Shown here in pieces: positions 31,409 to 38,761 of a stretch of DNA of 57,078 nt. Origin of the DNA: an uncultured Candidatus Peribacteria bacterium (lineage in GTDB: Bacteria > Patescibacteriota > Gracilibacteria > Peribacterales > Peribacteraceae); NCBI GenBank assembly GCA_964434585.1, contig CAYSVN010000001.1:1-57078 (forward strand), read 5' to 3'. A program made the position numbers and the translations under genes. How positions within the stretch are numbered: the first letter of the stretch is position 1; each line of letters opens with the position of its first letter. A model generated the notes under the pieces. It worked only from the letters and a program-made list of their open reading frames with translations, was not told the DNA's origin and did not search any database.

Positions 31409-32113
31409 ATGCCAACTATTACCCCTCTACGCGATCGGCTTTCCACTGACATCTTAGCAGAGCTAAAGAAAAGTCTTGGTGAACGTAATATCAACGCCTA
31501 TCCAAAGGTAGAGAAGATTGTTATTGCTACAGGTATTAACAAAACAAAACAAGACAGCAAAGAACTCTACGATTATATCGTAGATTCAATTGAAAAAATT
31601 ACTGGACAACGTCCAGTACTTACAAAAGCAAAAAAAGCTGTTTCAAACTTTAAAACTCGCGAAGGAAACGTAGTGGGAGCAATGGTAACCCTACGTGGAG
31701 ATCGCATGATTGATTTTCTTGATCGCTTCATTCAATACGTTTTACCACGTGTACGCGACTTCCGCGGACTAAAATCGAAGTTAGACGGTCAAGGTAATTA
31801 CTCTATTGGGCTTACAGATCACACTGTATTTCCAGAGTTACCACCAGCAAATGCTAAGCAAATATTTGGATTACAAATCCAGATTGTAACCACTACCAAT
31901 AGCGACGTAGAGGCAAAAGCATTACTAGATGCAATGAATATGCCTTTCCGTAAAAAGAAAGAAGAAGTAAAAACAGAAACAGCTAAACCAGAACCTAAAA
32001 AAGAAGTTGCAGAAACTGTAGAGACTAAAGAGATTGCTTCATCTGAAGAAACTCCTGAAACTCCTGAGGTAACTGAAACTCCTGAAACTGATAATTCCGA
32101 TACCCCTTCTTAA
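31409..32113 (+). CDS. rplE: 50S ribosomal protein L5 with an acidic E/T/P-rich C-terminal extension
   Basis: [15 protein letters not shown]; tail ...[24 protein letters not shown]. Confidence 0.93.
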   Translation: MPTITPLRDRLSTDILAELKKSLGERNINAYPKVEKIVIATGINKTKQDSKELYDYIVDSIEKITGQRPVLTKAKKAVSNFKTREGNVVGAMVTLRGDRMIDFLDRFIQYVLPRVRDFRGLKSKLDGQGNYSIGLTDHTVFPELPPANAKQIFGLQIQIVTTTNSDVEAKALLDAMNMPFRKKKEEVKTETAKPEPKKEVAETVETKEIASSEETPETPEVTETPETDNSDTPS

Positions 32114-32117
32114 TCCC

Positions 32118-32342
32118 ATGGCTCGCACAGCTCTTAAAGTAAAACAACGGCGTAAAAAAGCAGAATTTCTGCGCGCAAAACAAGCTGGTCGTACGCCAAA
32201 ATTTCCAACACGTGTTTACAATCGTTGTGAACTCTGTGGACGTCAACGTGGATTCATGCGTTTCTTTGGAATCTGCCGTATTTGCTTCCGTGAATTAGCT
32301 AGTAATGGTGAAATTCCTGGTATTAAAAAATCTTCTTGGTAA
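32118..32342 (+). CDS. rpsN: 30S ribosomal protein S14, zinc-binding type
   Basis: [23 protein letters not shown]. Confidence 0.9.
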   Translation: MARTALKVKQRRKKAEFLRAKQAGRTPKFPTRVYNRCELCGRQRGFMRFFGICRICFRELASNGEIPGIKKSSW

Positions 32343-32346
32343 ACCT

Positions 32347-32736
32347 ATGACATATGTAACTGACCCTATCGGCGACTTTCTAACCCGCATGCGTAACGCG
32401 CAAGCAATTGGGAAAAAGACAGTCTCAGCTCCAAACTCTCGTTTAAAAATGCAACTTTGTGATGTTCTTAAGAAGCACGGTTGGATTACAGGTGCAGCTG
32501 TTATTGGTGATGCTCCAAAGCAATCTATCCAAGTAACATTCAACGCTGAACACCCAAAACTAGAACTAAAACGTGTTTCAAAACCTGGTCGTCGTACCTA
32601 CAGTGCTGCAAAAGAATTAAAATCAGTACTGAGTGGTTACGGATCATCTATTATTAGTACCAGCCAAGGCCTTATGACTGACGAAGAAGCCAGAAAAGCA
32701 AACCTTGGTGGTGAAATTCTTTGTACCATCGCTTAA
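32347..32736 (+). CDS. rpsH: 30S ribosomal protein S8 (start moved to ATG 32347)
   Basis: MTYVTDPIGDFLTRMRNA. Confidence 0.93.
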   Translation: MTYVTDPIGDFLTRMRNAQAIGKKTVSAPNSRLKMQLCDVLKKHGWITGAAVIGDAPKQSIQVTFNAEHPKLELKRVSKPGRRTYSAAKELKSVLSGYGSSIISTSQGLMTDEEARKANLGGEILCTIA

Positions 32737-32738
32737 TT

Positions 32739-33284
32739 ATGTCTCGAATTGGAAAAAAACCAGTGGCTATCCCAAACGGTGTAACTGTAGAAGTTACCGG
32801 CAATCATATTGTTGTAAAAGGACCAAAAGGGGAATTAAGTTATAAGCATTTACCACAAGTAAGTGTAGCTGTAGCCGATGGCGAGGTTGTTATTACCCGT
32901 AACGAAGAAACCCAAGAAGGTCGTGCATTTCACGGTCTTACCCGTCAACTTGTAGAAAACATGACGATTGGTGTTTCAAAAGGATATGAAAAGAAACTAG
33001 AAATTATTGGTGTTGGTTACAAGGCACAAGCTAAGGGTACATCTGCCACTCTTAATCTTGGTCATAGTCACCCAATTGAATACAAAGCACCAGAAGGTGT
33101 AGATATCTCTCAGGATGAGAAGAATAAACAAATTCTTGTTATCTCTGGTATCGATAAACAAAAAGTTGGACAAACCGCTGCGGAAATTCGTAGCTTTCGT
33201 CCACCAGAACCTTACAAGGGTAAGGGTGTTAAATATATTGACGAAGTTATTCGTCGTAAAGCTGGTAAAACAGCCGCTAAATAA
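32739..33284 (+). CDS. rplF: 50S ribosomal protein L6 (start moved to ATG 32739)
   Basis: MSRIGKKPVAIPNGVTV. Confidence 0.95.
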   Translation: MSRIGKKPVAIPNGVTVEVTGNHIVVKGPKGELSYKHLPQVSVAVADGEVVITRNEETQEGRAFHGLTRQLVENMTIGVSKGYEKKLEIIGVGYKAQAKGTSATLNLGHSHPIEYKAPEGVDISQDEKNKQILVISGIDKQKVGQTAAEIRSFRPPEPYKGKGVKYIDEVIRRKAGKTAAK

Positions 33285-33296
33285 TCTTAAACTATT

Positions 33297-33641
33297 ATGC
33301 AAACTTCTAAAGTCATTAATCGGCAAGCTAGAAAGCGACGTGTTGCAGCAACCGTTCGCGGTACTGCAGAATGTCCTCGTCTAAGTGTGTTTCGTTCATT
33401 AAAAAGAATCGATGCACAGCTAATCGACGACGTATCTGGTAAAACAGTAGCATCAGCTTCTACACATAACTTAAAAGCAAAACCAAACATGGATGGCGCT
33501 AAGAAAGTAGGTGATGCCATTGCGAAAGCCGGTAAAGATGCTAAAGTATCCACCGTTGTGTTTGACCGTAATGGTTACCGTTACCATGGTCGTGTAAAAG
33601 AGCTTGCAGAAGCAGCACGTGCCGGTGGTCTAAAATTTTAA
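33297..33641 (+). CDS. rplR: 50S ribosomal protein L18
   Basis: RLSVFRSLKRIDAQLIDD...FDRNGYRYHGRVKELAEAARAGGLKF. Confidence 0.95.
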   Translation: MQTSKVINRQARKRRVAATVRGTAECPRLSVFRSLKRIDAQLIDDVSGKTVASASTHNLKAKPNMDGAKKVGDAIAKAGKDAKVSTVVFDRNGYRYHGRVKELAEAARAGGLKF

Positions 33642-33662
33642 CCTGCCTGCCGGCAGGCAGGT
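33641..33662. repeat. Perfect 22-nt GC-rich palindrome between rplR and rpsE
   Basis: ACCTGCCTGCCGGCAGGCAGGT; a second, imperfect copy lies at 345-366. Confidence 0.85.
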
Positions 33663-33689
33663 TCAACCTCATTTACTAATATTTCTTCT

Positions 33690-34280
33690 ATGTCTAAAAC
33701 TTCTCGTCCAGATCGAAAACAACGTGGTCGCCGCGGTGATCGTCGTAAAGCACCAAAAGAGTTCGAAGAGACTACTATCTCAGTAGATCGTGTAACTCGT
33801 GTGGTAAAAGGTGGACGTCGTATGCGTTTCCGCGCTGTAGTTGTAGTAGGAAATAAAAAAGGTAAGGTTGGTATTGGTACTGGTAAAAGTAACGAAGTAA
33901 TGGGCGCTGTTCAAAAAGCAGTTGAACGTGCTAAAAAAAGTATGATTACTGTTCCAATTATTGATGGATCTATTCCGCACGCTATTGATATTAAATACAA
34001 AGCAGCAAAATTACGTTTCTTGCCTGCACGTGAAGGTACTGGTGTTATTGCTGGTGGTTCGCCTCGTATTATTCTAGAGCACGCTGGTTACAAAAATGTT
34101 CTTAGTAAGCGCTTCGGTACAAACAATAAACTTGTTAATGCACAAGCAGTTATGAAAGCTTTACAAATGCTTCGTGTTCGTCCACAAGATGAAAAAGAAG
34201 TAGTAGAAAGCACTCCAGAAGGAATTGATGTAAAAGTAATGAAAGAAGAAGATGCTGCAACATTAACAGTAGAAGCATAA
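33690..34280 (+). CDS. rpsE: 30S ribosomal protein S5 with N- and C-terminal extensions
   Basis: VDRVTRVVKGGRRMRFRAVVVVGNKKGKVGIGTGKSNEV. Confidence 0.95.
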   Translation: MSKTSRPDRKQRGRRGDRRKAPKEFEETTISVDRVTRVVKGGRRMRFRAVVVVGNKKGKVGIGTGKSNEVMGAVQKAVERAKKSMITVPIIDGSIPHAIDIKYKAAKLRFLPAREGTGVIAGGSPRIILEHAGYKNVLSKRFGTNNKLVNAQAVMKALQMLRVRPQDEKEVVESTPEGIDVKVMKEEDAATLTVEA

Positions 34281-34301
34281 ATTAAAATTACATATTAGGT
34301 T

Positions 34302-34326
34302 AAGAGGCTTCGGCCTCTTTTTTTTA
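34302..34326 (+). terminator. Rho-independent terminator closing the r-protein operon
   Basis: AAGAGGC-TTCG-GCCTCTT followed by a T-run. Confidence 0.8.
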
Positions 34327-34341
34327 TTTGATAGTATTTTC

Positions 34342-34495
34342 TCTCTACTTTTTTGTAACCAAAAAAGTAACAAAAAAGTTTCGCGCTAGACGTTCGGTCG
34401 TAAGTAACTTATTGCAAGTCATTCACTGTCCTTCTTCGGCGGACGGTCGTTCATTCCTTTGCAAGTTACTAGTACGCCCTCTCGGGAGCGCGAGA
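34342..34495 (+). repeat. Copy C of the structured dispersed element
   Basis: TCTCTACTTTTTTGTAACC...AAAAAAGTTTCGCGCT...GTAACTTATTGCAAG...CTTCGGCGGA...TTTGCAAGTTAC...GAGCGCGAGAG. Confidence 0.75.
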
Positions 34496-34533
34496 GATAC
34501 ACATTAAAGAGGAAAGAATCAAGGATTTTCTAT

Positions 34534-34848
34534 TTATTCTTCACTATTGTCAGTGTCCATTTGATTGTTAAGCCATATTTCAAATGCTACAATCTTTACT
34601 ATGTCATAAAAATATTCATCATCTACATCGCTCACATTGTTAAATAGTGCATGCCCACTCTCTCTAACCTTTTGTTTTATTCTGTTTAAAAAAGGCTGTT
34701 TAAGATGTTCTATTTGAGGTTTAACGCTATCAAAATCAAACTCACCTGATGACATCTCTTTACCTATAGCTTCTTCTATTAAGCTTGCCAGCGCTCCGTC
34801 AAAACTATTACCGCCTTTAGGGCTATTGTTATTAGTTGAATCACTCAT
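34534..34848 (-). CDS. Hypothetical acidic protein
   Basis: ORF only. Confidence 0.4.
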   Translation of the reverse strand: MSDSTNNNSPKGGNSFDGALASLIEEAIGKEMSSGEFDFDSVKPQIEHLKQPFLNRIKQKVRESGHALFNNVSDVDDEYFYDIVKIVAFEIWLNNQMDTDNSEE

Positions 34849-34889
34849 ATAACATTATTATAATTAAAAATTATAATATGTCAATTTTT

Positions 34890-36311
34890 CTATAAAGTCT
34901 CTACTTCCTGTCCACCACTAGTATCCAATACATTATAGCCAAGTGCTGCCAAAGCATCGCGTAATTCGTCTGATTTGGCAAAATCTTTATCCTCCCTGGC
35001 CTGTTTACGCATATCTAGCAGTTCCAGTACCTTTTCTGGTAAATCGAGCTTCTGAGGGGCTTCAAAGCAGCCGAAGGTGTAATTTACCATTTGCATAAAA
35101 TGGTGCAGCGAAGCATGTTCATCATCAGTTAAGTCTTTATTACGGCTCCAGGCCATACATTCAAATACGGCTGCTAATGCTCCAGAGGTATTTAAGTCAT
35201 CATTCATGCAGTGTAAAAACTTGGTCATATGGCCGTTAAGGTCATCGCTAAATTGCACGGGCCAGGTACAATGCATACAAACATCAAACTGATGTTCTGC
35301 AAACCAATCGTTAATTTTTTTACGGGCTTTTTTAGCGTCTTCCATGCCTTTCCATTCAAATTTTAACTTTGTACGGTAATGTACACTCATCATTAGATAT
35401 CTAAAGTCGAGTGGGTTAAATCCTTTTTCTTTTATCATTGGGACATCAATAACATTTCCAAGGGACTTACTCATTTTAATATCACCCAAGTCTATATGGC
35501 GTTTATGGAGCCAGTATTTACAGAACTGCTTACCGCTTACTCCTTCACTTTGGGCAATTTCACATTCATGGTGTGGAAAAATATTATCTTCGCCGCCGGT
35601 ATGGATATCAATTTGCTCGCCAAGATGTTTATGAGACATCGCACTGCATTCAATATGCCAACCAGGAAATCCTTCACCCCATGGGCTTGGCCACTTTAAA
35701 ATGTGGTGAGCATTAGTACCAACTAATTTTTTCCATAAAGCAAAATCAACAGGGGAATGCTTGCATTCGTTAATATCAACTCGCGCACCTGCTGTTAAGT
35801 TTTTTACCTTATTCCCACTTAACTGTCCGTAGCGTTCAAACTTAGCAACATCAAAATACACACCGTCATCAGTTTCATAGGCCAAACCTTTTTCTAGCAA
35901 TGCTTCAGTCATGGTAATCATTTCTGCTACATGTTCTGATGCCTTAGGCCGCTCATGCGAAGGTAGAATATTAAGCTCGGCTTCGTCCTCTAGGTACATT
36001 TCAGCATACTTGCTTGCAATTTCTAGCGGATCAATCTGTTCATGTTTTGCTTGTTTTTCTAGTTTGTCCTCACCGTCTTCTGCGTCTGCCACTAAATGTC
36101 CTACGTCGGTAATATTGGTTACTTGTAGCACATTATGCCCACTTACCTCTAGCCAGCGTCGTAGTAAATCAGCCATTAAATAGGCGCTAAAATTACCAAT
36201 GTGTGGTCTTCCATAAACTGTTGGTCCACAGGTATACATCAATACTTTGTCTTTATTAAGAGGTGTAAATTCCTCTAGCTGCCGACTATAAGTATTGTAA
36301 ATTTTTAACAT
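34890..36311 (-). CDS. cysS: Cysteine--tRNA ligase
   Basis: TCGPTVYGRPHIGN (HIGH), CPSPWGEGFPGWHIECS, KMSKSLGN. Confidence 0.96.
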   Translation of the reverse strand: MLKIYNTYSRQLEEFTPLNKDKVLMYTCGPTVYGRPHIGNFSAYLMADLLRRWLEVSGHNVLQVTNITDVGHLVADAEDGEDKLEKQAKHEQIDPLEIASKYAEMYLEDEAELNILPSHERPKASEHVAEMITMTEALLEKGLAYETDDGVYFDVAKFERYGQLSGNKVKNLTAGARVDINECKHSPVDFALWKKLVGTNAHHILKWPSPWGEGFPGWHIECSAMSHKHLGEQIDIHTGGEDNIFPHHECEIAQSEGVSGKQFCKYWLHKRHIDLGDIKMSKSLGNVIDVPMIKEKGFNPLDFRYLMMSVHYRTKLKFEWKGMEDAKKARKKINDWFAEHQFDVCMHCTWPVQFSDDLNGHMTKFLHCMNDDLNTSGALAAVFECMAWSRNKDLTDDEHASLHHFMQMVNYTFGCFEAPQKLDLPEKVLELLDMRKQAREDKDFAKSDELRDALAALGYNVLDTSGGQEVETL

Positions 36312-36356
36312 TTAAAAGTATTGTAGTTTGTTCTAAGTATAAAATACAGTATTCCA

Positions 36357-36524
36357 TCGCGCTCCCGAGAAGGCGTATTGTGGCTTCCAAGGTAGTGAAC
36401 GGCCATCCGCCGAACGCGATAGTTGACGCGACTTGGAGTAAGCCACTTACGACTGAACGTCTAGCGCGAAACTTTTTTGTGTACCCCTGAGCTTGCCGAT
36501 GGGTTGGTTACAAAAAAGTAGAGA
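36357..36524 (-). repeat. Copy D of the structured dispersed element, inverted relative to copy C
   Basis: The reverse complement aligns with A, B and C. It carries the same 22-nt insert (AACCC.TCGGCAAGCTCAGGGG) as copy A. Confidence 0.75.
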
Positions 36525-36585
36525 TAAAAACTGCAATCTCCCATTATCAATATTAAATACTTGTCAGTAAAATTTAGGCAGAAGG

Positions 36586-36873
36586 CTAATCTTCTATACC
36601 AATTTGTGCTTCAATTTGGTTAAGCTCTGTACGCAAAGCATAAACTTCACTTTGGTGCGAACGAATTGCACCCGTGTTTTTAAAAAGTTCACTAAGTCGG
36701 TTTTTAATTTCATGATACCGAATTCTTGATTCTTCTAACAATGCATCGTTTGTAGCAATTTTAATACTATGTTCAGTTTCGGTGGCAGGTTGTTCAGGAG
36801 GCATAATGCAAAAAATCCTACAGAAAACCAGTCCAGACAACAAGTGATAATCATGACAATTGGCATTTACCAT
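36586..36873 (-). CDS. Hypothetical protein (start uncertain; alternative ATG 36804)
   Basis: ORF only; C-terminal half looks like coiled coil. Confidence 0.35.
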   Translation of the reverse strand: MVNANCHDYHLLSGLVFCRIFCIMPPEQPATETEHSIKIATNDALLEESRIRYHEIKNRLSELFKNTGAIRSHQSEVYALRTELNQIEAQIGIED

Positions 36874-36893
36874 GTAAAAGCTATAATAAAATT

Positions 36894-37559
36894 ATGAAAC
36901 TTAACAAAGAAATTCTTGTATTTTTAAAAGAGCTCGCACTTAATAATAATAAGACATGGTACAACGACCACAAAGACCATTATAAAAAACTAAGAACAGA
37001 GTTTCACGATTGGCTAAACCAAGTAGCAGCAGTAATTGCTATGTTTGACGAGCGAGTACGTGACCATCTAGATAACAAAAAAACAATTAAAGTTTTTAGA
37101 CTACAACGTGATACACGGTTTTCTAAAGGTAAAGATCCTTATAAGCTTAATTTTGGTGGCAGTATTTCTGCTGGAGGCATGGACGAATTAAACCCAGGGT
37201 ATTACCTACATATAGAGCCTGGTAATTGCTTTATAGCCGGTGGACTTTATATGCCAGCTAAGCAAAAGCTTGCAGCCATCCGCGATAAAATGCTTACCGA
37301 CCCTAAAAAAATACGTGCAATTTTAGCCAATAAGCAATTACAGAAACATTTTAGTGGTTTAAGTACAGATGGTGACTTAAAAACTGCCCCCCGCGGATAC
37401 GATAAAGAAGATCCTAATGTAGACTTACTACGCCATAAGCATTTTATTTTATATAAGCAGGTAAAAGATAGCGATGTGTTTAAGTCAAATTTTATAAAAG
37501 ATGTGCTTGATGCCTACAAAGCCATGGAGCCACTACATAGTTATCTTGCTAAGGCTTAA
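36894..37559 (+). CDS. DUF2461 (TIGR02453) family protein
   Basis: NNNKTWYNDHKDHYKK, RDTRFSKGKDPYK, GYYLHIEPG..FIAGGLYMP. Confidence 0.75.
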   Translation: MKLNKEILVFLKELALNNNKTWYNDHKDHYKKLRTEFHDWLNQVAAVIAMFDERVRDHLDNKKTIKVFRLQRDTRFSKGKDPYKLNFGGSISAGGMDELNPGYYLHIEPGNCFIAGGLYMPAKQKLAAIRDKMLTDPKKIRAILANKQLQKHFSGLSTDGDLKTAPRGYDKEDPNVDLLRHKHFILYKQVKDSDVFKSNFIKDVLDAYKAMEPLHSYLAKA

Positions 37560-37563
37560 GTGT

Positions 37564-37946
37564 GACCCGTCTGCGCCTGTCTACGACAGTCTCCGTCGAG
37601 GTCACTTGATATAATATTTAAGGTGTACTATTATACACCCCTATGTTTCATTATGTATACTATTTACAGACGGAAGACAGTTGTCATTGGTATGTTGGAG
37701 TTACAAATAATCTTAAGCGTAGATTATTTGAACATAATAATGGGTTGAGTAGGCATACAAGTAAATATCTACAGCATCAAAAATGGAAATTGATGTCCTA
37801 TTTTGCTTTTCCAGACCGGCGTATCGCAGAAGAATTTGAGGATTACTTAAAATCTCAATCTGGAAGAGAATTTGCTAAAAAACATTTTACTCCATTTGCA
37901 AATGAAGACCTCGACGGAAGACGTCAAAGACGTCTGTAGACGGGTC
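37564..37946 (+). mobile_element. Candidate miniature mobile unit: GIY-YIG ORF bounded by 40-bp terminal inverted repeats
   Basis: 37564-37603 GACCCGTCT[20 nt hairpin]CCGTCGAGGTC versus the reverse complement of 37907-37946 GACCCGTCT[20 nt hairpin]CCGTCGAGGTC. The outer 9+11 nt are identical; the inner hairpins differ by compensatory changes. Confidence 0.55.
37643..37939 (+). CDS. GIY-YIG nuclease domain protein (small, stand-alone)
   Basis: YVYYLQTEDSCHWYVGVTNNLKRRLFEHNNG. The C-terminal LDGRRQRRL is encoded by the right TIR. Confidence 0.8.
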   Translation: MFHYVYYLQTEDSCHWYVGVTNNLKRRLFEHNNGLSRHTSKYLQHQKWKLMSYFAFPDRRIAEEFEDYLKSQSGREFAKKHFTPFANEDLDGRRQRRL

Positions 37947-37968
37947 GTATTCATGCTACAATACACCT

Positions 37969-38508
37969 ATGCAAACCTACGCAGTATTCCTTCGCGGCAT
38001 TAATATTAATGGGCATAACAAAATGCCGATGGCAGAACTACGCTCCGCGTTAGAGATGGCAGGTTTTACTAATGTTAAAACGGTATTGGCTTCGGGTAAT
38101 GTTTTACTTGATAGTAATCAATCAATAGAAGTGACGCAGGAGGTAGTATCAGACGCCATTGAAAAAACATTCGGTTTTAAAGTAGCGATTATTACCCGCA
38201 CACTTAAGTACTTGCAGCAATTAATTGATAGTAGTCCATTTAAAGAATTAGCTGACGATAAAGATTTAAAGCCTAATATTACGTTTTTACAAGAATCCAT
38301 AAACACTTCGGGCGATGAGCTACTAATGGAACCAGGGGAATTTAAAGTAGTGGCAGCAACAAATACTGAGATACTCAGCATTGTTTATATGGATGGTAAA
38401 AAACGAACTCTTGGTTTAATGAAAGCGTTAAAAGAGCAGCACGGAAAAAATATTACCACCAGAACTTGGAAAACAGTAGTAAAATTAGCTTTGCTTTCGG
38501 GGTCGTAA
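37969..38508 (+). CDS. DUF1697 family protein
   Basis: YAVFLRGININGHNKMPMAELRSALEMAGFTNVKTVLASGNVL. Confidence 0.75.
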   Translation: MQTYAVFLRGININGHNKMPMAELRSALEMAGFTNVKTVLASGNVLLDSNQSIEVTQEVVSDAIEKTFGFKVAIITRTLKYLQQLIDSSPFKELADDKDLKPNITFLQESINTSGDELLMEPGEFKVVAATNTEILSIVYMDGKKRTLGLMKALKEQHGKNITTRTWKTVVKLALLSGS

Positions 38509-38533
38509 TAAGTACAATACACATCCGTTGCCT

Positions 38534-38618
38534 GCCCAGGTGGTGGAATTGGTAGACACGCTGGTCTTAGGAACCAGTGCCGCAAGGCGTGAAGGTTCGA
38601 GTCCTTTCCTGGGCACCA
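38534..38618 (+). tRNA. tRNA-Leu (anticodon TAG), class II with long variable arm, CCA encoded
   Basis: Acceptor GCCCAGG/CCTGGGC, anticodon arm CTGGT-CTTAGGA-ACCAG, T arm GAAGG-TTCGAGT-CCTTT, ACCA 3' end. Confidence 0.9.
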
Positions 38619-38678
38619 TTAACAACATAAAATTAAACTACTATTAATAACTGCGTGGACGAGAAGTTTATCCTGAGC

Positions 38679-38699
38679 CTATCGAAGGGAGTCCTTTCC
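38679..38699 (+). repeat. Exact 21-nt duplicate of the tRNA-Leu 3' end
   Basis: GAGTCCTTTCCTGGGCACCAT is identical to 38599-38619, offset by 80 nt. Preceded by GAAGG (a T-stem with the TTC deleted) and a CCTGAGC..CGAAGGG mini-palindrome. Confidence 0.85.
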
Positions 38700-38761
38700 T
38701 GGGCACCATCGCTAACAATTATTATCAAGTAAATAAAGAAAAAGTATGTTATAATTTAACG

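Noticed and set aside
32006-32100. The L5 acidic tail begins with GTTGCAGAAACTGTAGAGACTAAAGAG, reminiscent of the GTTGCAGAGGT-word element, hinting that the tail derives from an exapted repeat.
   Set aside because: Only the first 8 nt match well and there is no complementary ACCTCTGCAAC arm, so the similarity is too weak to claim.
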